From Octopus vulgaris (Eukaryota): a stretch of 64,000 bases of DNA. This document shows, one piece after another, positions 26,041-39,470 of this stretch; position 1 is the stretch's first letter, and every line of letters starts with the position of its first letter. Below the pieces are notes generated by a model. The model did no database searches and was not told the DNA's origin. It worked only from the letters and a program-made list of their open reading frames with translations. Both the position numbers and the translations under genes were made by a program. The DNA is taken from assembly GCA_951406725.2 (NCBI GenBank), contig OX597826.1:124001-188000 (forward strand), given 5' to 3'.

Positions 26041-27003
26041 GTGCTAAGTAATTTGGACATGTTTTTTTTTAAAGAAAAGCATGATTCTGGGTTGATCTAA
26101 ACATTACCAGTATAACTGGAGAGATAGAAAATTGTTTGGAAGCCCGTTAGGAGTAAGTCTTTGTTACACACCGTGCCACAATTATTCTGCTTTAGGATAA
26201 GGTTGAATGTACAAGTGTCTGCAGAATACTCAGCCATTTACGGTATAATTCATGTATTTGGTGATTTTGTTGATGGCATTTTTGGAACACTTGTTCCCAA
26301 ACTGATACGAGAACTATCGAAATATCAGACGGGTGTCTCTGTGCCTGCGTGTGTGTGAATAGTTTAAAAAAGCTGCAGTTCAAATTGTTACAAAAATAAA
26401 AGGAGAGATGGTCCAATTTGAAAGGAAGAGAGGCGAGAGAGAGGAGAAAGAGAGAGAGATAGATAAAGAGAGAGAGGAGAAAGAGACAAGAAAGAGAGAG
26501 AGAGGAGAAAGAGAAGGAAGGAGAAAGTAACAGGATAGAGAGAAGAAATAGAGAGCGATAAAAAATAGAAAAAGAAAGAGAGATGCAGGTGAAATAGAGA
26601 GAGTGGGGAAACAGAGAAAGAAAAACGAGGAACAGAGAGAAGGAGAGACAGAGACAGACCGAGCGAGCGAGAGAGAAGAGGGAGGGGGAGAGAGAGGTGA
26701 AAAAGTGAAAGAGACGGAGGGATATATGAGAATAGCTTAACAGTTATTAATCTATGAGACTAATGGCGTCAACGGTTGGTTTTTGATGTTCATATCTCGA
26801 GATATATTTATAAATTTTGACTTCATTTAGCTAATGTGTTGCGGCCATGTTTGCAGTATCGCCATCTGCTGACGCATATCTTACAATAGAGATATAGGAC
26901 GTACTTGCTCTTAGGAACAAACAGTGATATATTTATACACCAAGCTGTGTAGTAACATCATATGTTAGTTTTGGATGAATAGCATATGCTAGTATGGATT
27001 TTG

Positions 27004-27128
<125 letters not shown>

Positions 27129-27254
27129 TAGCTAGATAGATAGATAGATATTTACATATACATATATATGTAAATATATATGTATGCATATATATGAATA
27201 TATATACATCTAACTAGACAGATTGATATAAGTATACATATATATTTATATGTG

Positions 27255-28285
27255 AAGCTAAAGCACGCAGAGTAAAGCTGCTTGGCGCAGTTTGACCTTG
27301 AACTTTGTTTTGCATGCGCACTAGGTCTTAACGTTCTAGGTTACTTCCACTGTTTACAGCAGTGCTTGGAAGGTACGTGTATAGCGTGTGATCGTCGTAT
27401 TGACTATGACAGAGAAAGCTGTCATGGTGAGACCTGCTCCGAGGTTGCAGAAAGTGTATGGAGAGTTGCATACATTTCCAAGATGGACTTTTCCAAGCTG
27501 CACAGGCTTCCAAGACGTTCCAAGATGGCCGAAAAAATGCCAATAGTAACGAACGTTCTGGGAGACATGCAATCAGCAGAACTGAGAAAAACATCGCAAA
27601 TGTGCGTGGAAATCGTCGAATCACAATCCGTGAGTTATCAGGTGTGCAGATTACTTACGGTTCAGTTCAATCCATTATCACTGACGATTTTTGTATGAGA
27701 TGTGTGCCTGCCAAGTTTGGGCCAAAACTGCTTTCAGTTGACCAAAAAGTCACTCGGGTTTCAGTTGCTCCTTGATTCCTTGATTATGTCGAGAACAATG
27801 AAAACGTTTTAAAAAGTTTGCGTAGGCCTCTGAGCAGGTATCGCCAAGCTTTTCGCAAAACTTGATGCAGATTCTCTGCTCAATGTTCTCTGTCGTAGTT
27901 AATGTAAGAATCAAACGCTACACACCTTCCTTCCAAGCAGTGCTGTAAACAGTGGAAGTGAGCGAGACAGGAAAATCCTTCCTCATGCTCTGTACTCTCC
28001 GACCTCGCACCATCAGACTTCCGCTTCTTTCCGACCATGAAGTCTTTTTTGAAGGGAAAGCACTTTTCGGATAATGATGAACTTATTTCCGAAGTAAATT
28101 CTTGGTTCCAGACGCAGCCTACCGATCTATATAGACGATGTCGTCACCGCTGCATGAAGCAAAGGGAAAAGTGTGTCACCATTGGTGGTGGCCATGTAGA
28201 GAAGGACTAATAATTACGCCAAATTTCGTTTATCCCAGTCCTTGAGAAGTGAGTCAAGAGACATCTTTAATGAATAGCCCTCGTA
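27255..28285 (+). mobile_element. Degenerate mariner-family relic(s)
   Basis: NERSGR, RRITIREL, VQSIITD..MRCVPAKFGPKLL, YSPTSHHQ/APSDF-like segment; right TIR ..AATAGCCCTCGTA; subterminal inverted repeat ~27344-27375 vs ~27924-27960. Confidence 0.75.
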
Positions 28286-28315
28286 TATGTACACTCACAC
28301 ACATATTATATCGCG

Positions 28316-28377
<62 letters not shown>

Positions 28378-28378
<1 letters not shown>

Positions 28379-31300
28379 ACCTCAAAAAGGAGTGCAAGTC
28401 TGCCGCGAAACAACGACAACAACAACAACAACCGCAGGAAAAACCACAAAAGTCAGCATTATTGCCCACACCACAGTATGGACGGCTAATCAAGAAGCTA
28501 TATGCAGAAATGCATGAAAAGCAACAAAGAACGGACCAACCCAACCAAACAACACCACCACCTGCGCCAAGAACAGAATCATCACCACCAACAACAACTA
28601 AACCAATTCCAACACCGAGAACAACAACGAAGAAGACAAGCACCAAGGATGTAGGAAAGACAATCACTACAACAAACTCCCCAGCAACACCCCTCCTCCC
28701 CGCACACTACAACAATATCTACAACCGCACAAACAGACCCAGATGCTTTGCCCTTACCCCCTTCTGATTCGTCAGACTTTTCATCTAACGATGAAAGTTC
28801 GACAGAATGGCAAATAGCCACCGGGGGTAAAAGAAAAAGATTTAAAAACAAACAAACAAGAAAACGCAACCAAAGCAGGGAGATACCTGAACCCTGAAAG
28901 CTCCATACACAACCAAACAAGCACCAACACGACAAAAATACACACAATGCTATCAGCGATAGACACCAAAGACTCCAAACTAATGGAGTACATCACAGCT
29001 CACACAAACATCTGTGAAGATGACTTCAAAACTAACAACCATCCACGCACTACACCACCCAAACACATCAAAATACTACACATCACACAAACACAACACC
29101 ACACACTCAAAGCCCTCTTCCCAAATGCGGTTGGGGGGTTCCAAAAATATCTTTCGAAAAACTCTATAAAAACCTCCTCCAAGACACATCAAACGACGAG
29201 GAAGCCAAAACTTTCGACACTAGTAAGTAACTCTCTGTACCTTCCTTTTTGTGTTTTAAAGCACACACACCCCAATAGAATCATGGTCAAGATTTGTTGT
29301 GTGAATGCGCGTGGCTTGGGGTTTCCTTGGAAACAAGGATACCTCCTAAATGACATCAAGTCACACGATTTGGGAATCATAGCCATAAGTGAGACCAGAC
29401 TCCACGAGCCACGGGCCCTAAAGTCCATGTTTGGCGGACAGTTTAACATTTATTTTGCTCCCTGTCTGCCGAGGATGGGCGGTAGTGGCACCGCGGTACT
29501 TTTTCACAAGAGCCTGGATCTCGAAGTCAAGACGATATTCGTAGACCCGGAGGGTAGACTAGTCGTTCTGGATGTCGACGGCAGCAATGGGTGCGCTTTT
29601 CGACTCGTATCAGTCTACGCATCGCCTTTAACAGGTCGGCCGGATTTCTTTCGACGTCTAGAAGTATTCCTGGGAACGTCTCGTCCTTTACTTTTAGTGG
29701 GGGATTAGAATGCTACCTTGGACACGCATCTAGACTATGTGGGGAGAGACAAAAACAGAAGGGGATGCAAATGCCTCAGAGACCTGCTCAGACGATTCCA
29801 ACTGTCTGACAGGTACCGACTCGACCACCCAAATGCACCAACGTGGACATGGAGCAACCGCAGTGGGTCGTCGAGATCGTATCTAGATAGGATACTGTGT
29901 AGGACAGTAGACAGGGATAACTTAGGATGTCCACAATTCCACACAGTCAGCTACACGGATCACAAATTCGTGACGTGTACGCTAGACTTAGATAAGGCAC
30001 ATAGACAGGGTCCTGGTTACTGGAAACAGAACGCATCTTTCCCGTCCAGACAGGTTTTCAGAGACAGAATCAACACGTTAGTAAAAAGGGCATTAACGGG
30101 AGCCATTGTTAACAACAAATGGTGGTTCGCCCTCAAGAGAGCAGTAAAAGCGGAAGCAATTAGATATAGCAAGGCACTAGCCGTAGATAGAAATAGAGTG
30201 GAGGGTGAGTTAGTTAAGAAGTTAGAAGTGGCAATAAGAAGCGGCATCACATCCGACGTTTTAGCGGCGAGGTTGGCCCTTGACCAACACTTCAACGCCA
30301 AACACAAAGGGTGTGCTGTCAGGGGTAGGATGCGTGCTCTAAGGATGGAAGGTGTTGGAGCCGCGAGTGAGTCCCGGGTGGCGGAGGCGCAGCAGGGCAA
30401 CAAAGCCACCATTCGGTCTCTGGTAGATGGACAAGGGCGTGAATTGGTCGAGCCAGCAAGATGTGCGAGACATTTCAGCGGTACTTTACCCGACTGTACG
30501 AGACGAGTGGCGAGCGTGAACGCAGGGTGGACTTCAGTGCCTACCTGCACAGCCTACTACGACTCTCGGCAAGAGAGGCAGAGTTCTGCGAAGGTGCCAA
30601 CACGGCGGCGGATGTGCGGGACGCGATGGCAGAATGCTCGAGAGACAAATCACCGGGTTTGGATGGTCTGCCCTACGAGTTTTACAATTGTATGCCAGAC
30701 TTGTTTGGAGACGTCTTGGCAGCGGTATACTGCAACTGGCAGCAAAACGGGAGCATACCCGGTTTTGTGAGTCGAGGAGCCGTAACGCTGCTGAAGAAAG
30801 ATCCAAACAAGGGAAACATTATAGATAACTTTAGACCAATCACTCTGCTCAATACAGACCTGAAAATTTTGACCAAGGTGTTAGCCAAGAGGTTGGCGCT
30901 TGTCATCGAGAAACTGGTCGACAAGGCACAAACGTGCACCGTGCCGGGCCGGAGCATCCATGACAACCTCCATCTGATGCGCTACATCATAGACAGAGTA
31001 GTTAAGGAACCTGGCATGGGTGGGGCCCTGATCAACTTGGATCAATCGAAAGCCTTCGATAGGGTAGACCATCGATACTTGGAGGCTGTCCTGAGAGCGG
31101 CTGGTTTCGGTCCCGTCTTCCGCGGCTGGATAGCTGCCTTGTACAGAGACATCCGTTCGGTAATTCGCGTAAATGGACATCTATCGAGACCTTTCGACAT
31201 TGCACGTTCGGTCCGTCAGGGATGCCCTCTCTCGGCGCTTCTATACGTATTGACTCTCGAGCCACTACTGCGGAAGCTGACAACTCTGAGGGGCATCCCG

Positions 31301-33070
31301 CGAGAATTGGGATGCGGGACGAGCGTGTCTGCATACACGGACGACGTCACCGTCATAGTGTCAAGCCACGAGCACATCGAGCTGGTCGGCGAGAAACTGA
31401 AAGACTACGAAGCGGTGACAGGAGCAAAAACCAACCGGGGAAAAGTCAGTGGGCTTGCGGCTCGGCACCTGGAGAAGCAAACCCATGCCGTCCATCAGTA
31501 CCTCCGTCGTGGGACGCTGGACGGACGGCCCGGTTGAGTTGCTCGGGGTCTGGTTCGGCCCGGACCTCCAAATGGAGAAGAACTGGAACGAGATAACGAG
31601 TAGGGTGGTCACTCTCGCCCGGCAATGGGCCGAGAGGAAACTGTCCCTAAAAGGTCGGGCGGAGGTGGCGAACACGTACATCGCGTCCATCATCTACTAC
31701 CGCCTGACCGTCGTACCTTGTCCCGACCCTACCATCACCAAACTAGAACGCATTCTCTTCCGCTTCTTGTGGAAAGGATGCGTCCCGATGGTCAGGTGAT
31801 CCATTTGCTGTCAACACCCGTTAAAAGGAGGGCTGGGCATGCCGTGGTTGATGATGCGCAGACACGCGCTGAGACTGCGACATCTCCAGCTCTATGTAGA
31901 CGACGGTGAACAGGTGTGGTCGCCGTTTGTGAGGCACGCGTTCCCGCAGCTCGTCTCCATGACCGAACTGCAGTCGTGGATCAAAAGGAGGCCGAAAAAG
32001 GGCGAATGGCACCGCGAGTGTCGCGTTGCTCTCAAGCAACTCTGCCGTCCCGGGTCGACTTTGAGTGACTTCATCACAACCAAAGCATTCTATAGGGGAT
32101 TAGTGGAGGTGAGGTACGACGACGATCTTGGGGCAAACCTGGGCGTCGACGAGGAGTACCTGACCCGCCTGTTTGAAACGACTTTCGGACCGGGACCTAT
32201 GGACAACTTCCAGAGATCCCTGGCCTGGCAGTGCTATCGAGAAGCGCTACCCGTTCGGGATAAGCTCTATAGGCATGGCTTGAGAAACACGGGGCCGACC
32301 TGCCCGAGATGCGGGCAGAGCGACGAAACCGTTCTGCACGCAATCGTGCAGTGTCCAAAAATCTCCGACCTGTGGGCTTATGTCGAACGACTGCTGTCAC
32401 GTGTGGGACGTGTCGGTTTATCAGCCGAGTCTATCGTTAATATCGTCACGCCTCCTTCCTTCAAACGTGAAGGAAGAGCTATTTTTTATCATACTTGTGA
32501 CTATGGCGAAAGAATGTATCTGGTGGACGCACCTGAAAGGATTAGAGACAAACACTTTCCTCTCTGGTCAATCTCTCATCAACTTCTTCAAGTATCACTT
32601 GAAGAGGAAAGTGAGAGTAGAGAGGCAAGTGTTGTCTAGTGAATGTTTTAAAAAACAGATGGGTGAATGTAGCAAGGATGGCACGTATGAATGACGAAGC
32701 CACCTTGACTATGATCCTATGAACCCTAAAAATTAACACAGAGAGTTGCTTATTTGTAAAAAAAATATAACATGTGACTTCATTGACCGAGGTTACCGTG
32801 GTCTTTTCCGTAGGCTTTTCTTTCCACGGGTAAACCTCACCTGTCCTCCCCTTTACACTTTATATTGACATTTCTGTGATAACGATCCCTATTGATCAAT
32901 TTTTTTCCTTTCACTCTTTTTACCTTTCCCCCTCTTTTTTTTGTCCTCTTTCTTTCCTTTTACGATCCCTTTCGATCGAAAACCAAACCCCCTTTTTTAC
33001 CCCCAAAAGAAAAGCTCTACCTTGTAATTTGTCCTGTCTGTGTGCAGCCCTGTGTGGCTAATAAAGAAAC
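28378..33070 (+). mobile_element. Tx1/L1-clade non-LTR retrotransposon, 5'-truncated in ORF1, inserted in (TATC)n
   Basis: ORF1 remnant starts mid zinc knuckle (HLKKEC); ORF2 follows; 3' UTR ends AATAAAGAAAC; (TATC)n on both flanks (28317-28377 and 33073-33250). Confidence 0.95.
29283..32722 (+). pseudogene. ORF2: APE endonuclease, reverse transcriptase and CCHC domain (2 stops, about 3 frameshifts)
   Basis: MVKICCVNARGL, ISET, GD*NA, SYLDR, YTDH, KSPGLDGLPYEFY, FRPITLLN, DQSKAFDRV, VRQGCPLS, AYTDD, GGLG, CPRC..ETVLHAIVQC. Confidence 0.95.
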
Positions 33071-33071
33071 A

Positions 33072-33144
<73 letters not shown>

Positions 33145-33250
33145 GTATATCTATCTATCTATCTGTCTATCTATCTGTCTGTCTATCGATCTATCTATCT
33201 ATCTATCTATCTATCTGTATATCTAATTATCTGTATATCTATCTATCTAT

Positions 33251-33901
33251 GAGCTATTTTCATCATCCTTGTGGCTAAGGCGAAAGAATGTATCTGGTGG
33301 ACGCGTCTGAAAGGATTGGAGACAAACACTTTCCTCTCTGGTCAATCTCTCATCAACTTCTTCAAGTACCACTCGAAAAGGAAAGTGAGAGTAGAGAGGC
33401 AAGTTTTGTCTAGCGAATGTTTTAAAAAAATATGGGTGAATGTAGCAAGGATGGCACGTATGAATGACGAAGTCACCTTGACTATGATTCTATATGAACC
33501 CAGAAATTGAAAACAGAGGGTTACCCACTTGCAAACAAATGTGGTAACATATAACAATATTGACCGAGGTTACCGTGGTCTTTTTCGTAGGCTTTTCTTC
33601 CCACGGATAAACCTTATCTGCTTCCCCCTTTTCACCGTACATCATGACACTGATACACGATCCCTATTGATCGTTTTTTTTTCCTCTTCCCCTTTTTCCT
33701 CTTTTTTCTTCTTTCTTTCTTTTTTCTTTTCTTTTGTTTCTTTTCCTTTTTTTCTTTTTTTTTTCTCTTTTTTCTTTTTTCTCTTTTACGATCCCTTTTG
33801 ATCGAAAACCTATGCCACTTTTTTTCCCATCCCCCAAAAGAAAAGCTCTACCTTGTAATTTGTCCCATCTGTGTGCAGCCCTGTGTGGCCAATAAAGAAA
33901 C
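33251..33901 (+). mobile_element. Second, heavily 5'-truncated copy of the same Tx1-type LINE
   Basis: Diverged duplicate of ~32476-33070, again flanked by (TATC)n on both sides. Confidence 0.92.
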
Positions 33902-33905
33902 TTAA

Positions 33906-33975
<70 letters not shown>

Positions 33976-34076
33976 GTCTATCTATCTATCTATACACACA
34001 CACTATGTAAATATAAAATATGAGAGCGGGAGAGTGAGAGTGGAGGAGGAGAGAAAGGCAGGGAGAAAGAGAGAGA

Positions 34077-34122
<46 letters not shown>

Positions 34123-34381
34123 GTTATAAGATTGCCGGTTGTGTATATCCGTCGCCATTGTAAGCCGACGGAAGTTGATTAGTTATTAGTGTTTAATTTG
34201 TAGTTTTGTAGTTGAAGGTTACTGACTGTGTGTTTTTGTGAGTGCAGTTTATCTGTGAATCAATATTTAATACGGTGTGTAGTAGGATGACGCATGATTG
34301 GTTGTTGGGTAGCATACCTTAGAATGTTTAATTATATATTTACATATACACATATGTGTGTGTAAGGGCAAACATACATTT

Positions 34382-34423
<42 letters not shown>

Positions 34424-34445
34424 CAAATAAACATACATATATACT

Positions 34446-34569
<124 letters not shown>

Positions 34570-34996
34570 AACTGGGTCGTTGCATCCTTGCATTGAAAGA
34601 TAGTATGATAGTAACCGAATGGGAGATAGCTAGATAGATAGATAGATAAAAAAAGAAAGAGTAAAAGAGGAGAAGAATGGTCTGTGTGAGAAAGAGGTTA
34701 ATCGAATTAGCGAGGAGAGGGTGGCCCAAAGAGAGACAGGGAATTGGTGGGAAATTGCAGTGAGCTAAGAATAGAGAGAGGTGGGTAGAGTAGACCAAGT
34801 CCTCAAATATAGGTGCATGATCGATTATCTAGATCCTAGGACTTGATTGGTACTATACTTTATTGACCCCAAAGGGATGAAAAGTTTATTTGGTGAAACT
34901 TGGGATCAGATCCCGATGAAAGGCAGTAACTAAATACAAACCCAAAGACAGCTTCGGTTGAGCAGACCCAAGATTAAAAACGTTCGAGCTGTGACC

Positions 34997-35057
<61 letters not shown>

Positions 35058-35821
35058 GGACGACAATGTTCGACACACCCTTTGATTTGGACATGTTTTT
35101 GAGACAATAATATGTGGTTGAGGGATATTGGCTACTGTTCCTAACAGATCCAGCAATGACGTGGCGGTTTCGTCGTTGGCTCAGTTGCATTTCTTTCTGA
35201 TATAAAGTCTGTATAAAGCGGAAAAGTCACTGAGAACTGGTTAACCAGAAGACAGCTCGGTGTTTTCTACCAATCACATGATCAAGACACTTAATTTTCA
35301 ATAGGCCAGTCCAACTAACTGTTGCTATGGTTATTTGTTTTCTTTAGTACAATGTCAGTTTTGACTGAGTAAACCTATGTTCGCAGGTAATCCAGCCGTG
35401 ACCATACTGTCGTTTGAAGGAGAGCAAATCAAGCGATTATGTAGACAGTTAACGTTTGCTCGACTGCCTGTTGTTACCATTTAGTCCAAGGTAGTGGGTG
35501 TTTGCTGTAGTGCGTAAGGAGTAGCAGCCGCACATTTTCATACATGGACAAGAGCACCACTAGTCCCCGATTATTACACAGCCCTGACTTATGGCTCCCA
35601 GAAGTTAGAAGCGCACACCGACTGCCACACCACGGTATTTCACTTCGGTTAAAGAGGAAAATTAAATAGGGAGTATCAGCAATCTTGGAATGATTTGCTA
35701 CGGGGTTCAGTTCCACCGCGTGGCACCTTGGGCAAGTGCCTTCTACTTTAGTCTCGGGATTACCAGACTTGTGAGTGTATTTGGTAGATGGCAACTGAAA
35801 GAAGCCCGTCGTATATATATA

Positions 35822-35935
35822 TAAGCTTCGTAGTGAAGTCTTTACTCTTGTCCTTGATGGCTTGGGATAAAAATTGAACCGTCTTCATTTTGTATGAAGA
35901 ATACCGAATGTCTTCGTGCACTACGTGCCTGATAA
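35822..35935 (-). pseudogene. maT-like transposase fragment
   Basis: IRHVVHEDIRYSSYKMK matches IRNVVHEDIRYKSYMMR of the element at 50800-51782. Confidence 0.7.
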
Positions 35936-36402
35936 GAAAGTCAGACAGAAAACCCTCTGAGGCACAAGTCCAGGCAAGGTTGTTTATAGCAGACCAGCAG
36001 TTGCCCATGCATACCAGCCTCCTTTCTCCATGCCACTGGTGTTACTCAAGAGAAAAGCAAAAGTTGATACAGTGTGGCACCTGTGACGTCGCAACTCATT
36101 CCCACAGCTGAGTGAACTGGAGCAACATGAACTAAAGTGTCTTGCTCAAGAACACAACACACAGCCTGGACTGGGAATTGAACTCACTGAGAGAATAAGA
36201 GCAAAAAAAAAAAGGAACAACATACTCTTTATTCTTTTACTTGCTTCAGTCATTTGACTGCGGCCATGCTAGAGCACAGCCTTTAGTTGAGCAAATCTAC
36301 CTCAGGACTTATTCTTTGTAAGCCTAGTACTTATTCTAAGTTATTGCTAAGTTACGGGGACGTAAGCACACCAGCAGCGCTTGTCAGGTGATGTTGTGGG
36401 GA

Positions 36403-36466
<64 letters not shown>

Positions 36467-36473
36467 ATATATA

Positions 36474-36884
36474 TCTCTATATATAAAAAATGAAATGCGT
36501 TTTTACCGCTTGGATCGCTTTCAATGCCACTACACCCCGTCCGATTCGCTCCAAAATTTACAGGGACATGTAGAATGAGGTGACGATGCCCGTGGGCTAC
36601 CTTAGAAATCCCTATCTTGAAAGGTGTGGTTGCTAGGGGCCATCTTCCTCACTCACGCTATTTCCTCCTTTCCCTCTCTTACTCCCCTTCATTTATAACT
36701 TTGAGAAGTCCACTCCCATTATTTAATGTATTCCCCTCAACTCCCTTTCACTTTCCCTTTATAAGTTCGTCAGACGGCTTTCTTTGATGTATCTGTCTGC
36801 ATTCATAGGGAGAATTATCATCGCTACCAACAACACACAATCATGAGAACAAATATTATGAATCAGATATTCATTGCGTTCATT

Positions 36885-36922
<38 letters not shown>

Positions 36923-37224
36923 CGATATATAAATATGTATGTATATCTCTATATATACAAAGTGTATATATCTGTATTTATGTATATTAAACTTTTTAAT
37001 ACTTTTTGATAGTTATATATATATTTTTAAACAAATTATAAATATAATTTAATAATTTTTATTTTAAATTTAAATAATTTAAATTTTTCAATTTTATATA
37101 TTTTCTATATCATATTTTTATTTTTATGTTTTTGTTTTTGTTTTTTTTTGCCTATTAGTGGTTTTATCTCTAATTTAATTTATACATATATATATATATA
37201 TATAATTTGTATATATAATGCGTG

Positions 37225-37260
<36 letters not shown>

Positions 37261-38950
37261 ATGTGTGCATTATGTGGTCGGTCGGTTCAGCTGAAAATAT
37301 GCACACCTATGAACCCTTTCGTTACTATATTTCTGACCAAAATACACCCCTTATGTGTTTCAATTAATTTCTAACATAATCATAAATTTAGTCTGGTTTC
37401 ATTAAACAACTATAACTTTTTTATTTATCAATATATTAATGTGATTTTGGGAAGATAATTGAATGAAATGTTCTCAACCAATTCTATACTATAATTTTTG
37501 TCACAAAGTGACTCTAATTGCAGGTAGATACAGGTAAATTCAACAAAATATAAAATTATTAAAATTTTGTTCAAACATCGCTATAGAAAATGGGTTATTA
37601 GCTAATATTCAATTGGGTATACAACAAAATTTTACGATAGAATTTGTTATTCTGTGTAACTTTCTGATACCCATAATAATATTTTTGGCAAAATAGTCTT
37701 AATTTCATTTAAGGTTGTGGGAAACCACTAACTATCCTTTCTTTCGCTTTGTTTACATTTAGCGTAACGGTTCGTTTCCGCCGTAATGATTTCAAATAGG
37801 CTCATTCGAAAAAGTAAAAAGAAATAGTCTAAGGCTTTACTCTCCTGGGAAAGTCTGTGGCTTGGTCCAGTTTCTTCAGAAAAATCACCGAAAGAAACAG
37901 TTTTTCAATTTTCACTCCATTCAGGTGCCAATTCATTTTCTTTATCGCTGTCGGAGCTCTCGGATTCACTGTTTTCACTTTCGGAAAATGAAACATCAGA
38001 TTCATTATCAAATACCACGTGCTTTTTTTTTCAGTCATAGAGTTAGATTTATCAAGGTCTTCAGTAGAAAATCCTTCGAATTCTGACTCGCTGCTTGATA
38101 TGATGAAATTCGTATCCATTTTTTGTCAGAATTACAAATTTTGAAAACACAATAGGAACAAATTTTGGAAAAAAATCTCCCAAAATTCACGGAATTAAAA
38201 TTACACTTCGATCGTTGTACAAAACTGTAGATGAACTGTTTACGAAGTATAATCACGTGTTTTCACGAATATAATAAAGAGATTTGCTCTGATATTCTCA
38301 TTTAAATATGAATAGGTAAATACGGGCGGGTTTGGGCGGTTTGGTCACATTAACCAAAATTTTTTTCGGGCGGCTTTGGGCGGTTTGGTAACGAAAGGGT
38401 TAAAAGTGCTGGCAAGTTTGCATGACAACTATTTTTTTCCTCAAATGAAAGGCGTGACCTCTAGGACAAAATTCCTCATCTTATAAAATGTGGCCCCAGT
38501 AGACCCGAATGAAATCGGGTTATATTAACCAAAAGGTGAAAAGGGGTATAAATGGGGCTGGAAGGGGATTAAAATTTAAAGGAGCGAGTGTTTAGGAATT
38601 CTCTGTTACATCAAGCTAAAAATTTGCGCCAGCCTTTTAATCTTCAATGTGTTGCCGTCCATGATGAAGAGGTTTTGAATGCTTGCCATGGTGAGTCTAC
38701 TGTCGTGAGAAAGAATCACTTCAAAACTTGGTGTTTACGAATTTTCTTTTACATCAAGTTCAAAATTTTACGCCAGCCGTTAAACTGTCAATACGTTGCT
38801 GTCCGTCGTTAAGAAATGCCAGTCATGGTGACTCTACTATCCTCAGATTCTATCCCTTCAAACTTTGCTTTCCAATATTTTATTATTTTTATTCAGCTCG
38901 CAAGTTCGTCTGTCCCTTTTAAATGTTAGCGTTTTGCTGTCTGCCTTGAA
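36474..38950 (+). mobile_element. Probable non-autonomous Helitron-like repeat interrupted by a PLE terminal fragment (~36990-37185) and a piggyBac
   Basis: Starts TCTCTATATATAAAA like the other Helitrons here; no CTAG end found. 36990-37185 matches the right arm of 8655-10757. Confidence 0.35.
37314..38399 (-). mobile_element. Internally deleted piggyBac element
   Basis: TIRs CCCTTTCGTTAC/GTAACGAAAGGG; TTAA at 38400-38403 and TGAA at 37310-37313; acidic N-terminus from 38119, then YFFLLF..EIITAETNRYA..PTTLNEIK; subterminal gggcgg.tttgggcggtttggt repeats. Confidence 0.88.
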
Positions 38951-39160
38951 GCAGACCTTTCCGTTGCCACTGCCTGATATTTATGATTGATCTTTCTAAA
39001 TATTTTATTTCTCAACTTACTCAAGATCTTTTGTTGTTTATAAATGGGAGAGAGATAGATAAAGATAGAGAGTAAGAGAAAGCGAGGGAGAGTCCGAGAG
39101 AAAAGAAAAGTAAGAGAGTGGGAAAGTGAGAGAGAAAGGAGAGAGAAACAAAGAGGGAGA

Positions 39161-39470
39161 ATCATCATCATCATCGCTTAACGTCCGTTTTCCGTGCTAG
39201 CATGGGTTGGACAGTTTGACCGGGGACTGGGAAGCCAGGAGGCTGCACCAGGCTCCAGTCTGATCTGGCAGTGTTTCTACAGGTGGATGACCTTCCTAAC
39301 GCCAACCACTCTGTGAGTGTAGTGGGTGCTTTTTTCGTGCCGCCGGCACAGGTGCCAGGGGGCCACGCAGCGGCAACGATCGGTTGGTGCTTTTTACGTG
39401 CCACTGGCACAGAAGCCAGTCAAGGCGGCGCTGCAATCGGCCTCGTTCGGATGGTGCTTTTTACGTGCTG
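39161..39470 (-). mobile_element. SINE/LINE 3' end with (GAT)n tail (RTE-like) and three internal ggtgctttttacgtgc repeats
   Basis: (CAT)n on the plus strand followed by aacgtccgttttcc and ccttcctaacgccaacc; short tandem unit at ~39325, ~39386 and ~39453. Confidence 0.6.

Noticed and set aside
30017-30550. Long antisense ORFs over the Tx1 LINEs
   Set aside because: Shadow frames of GC-rich ORF2 with no independent motifs.
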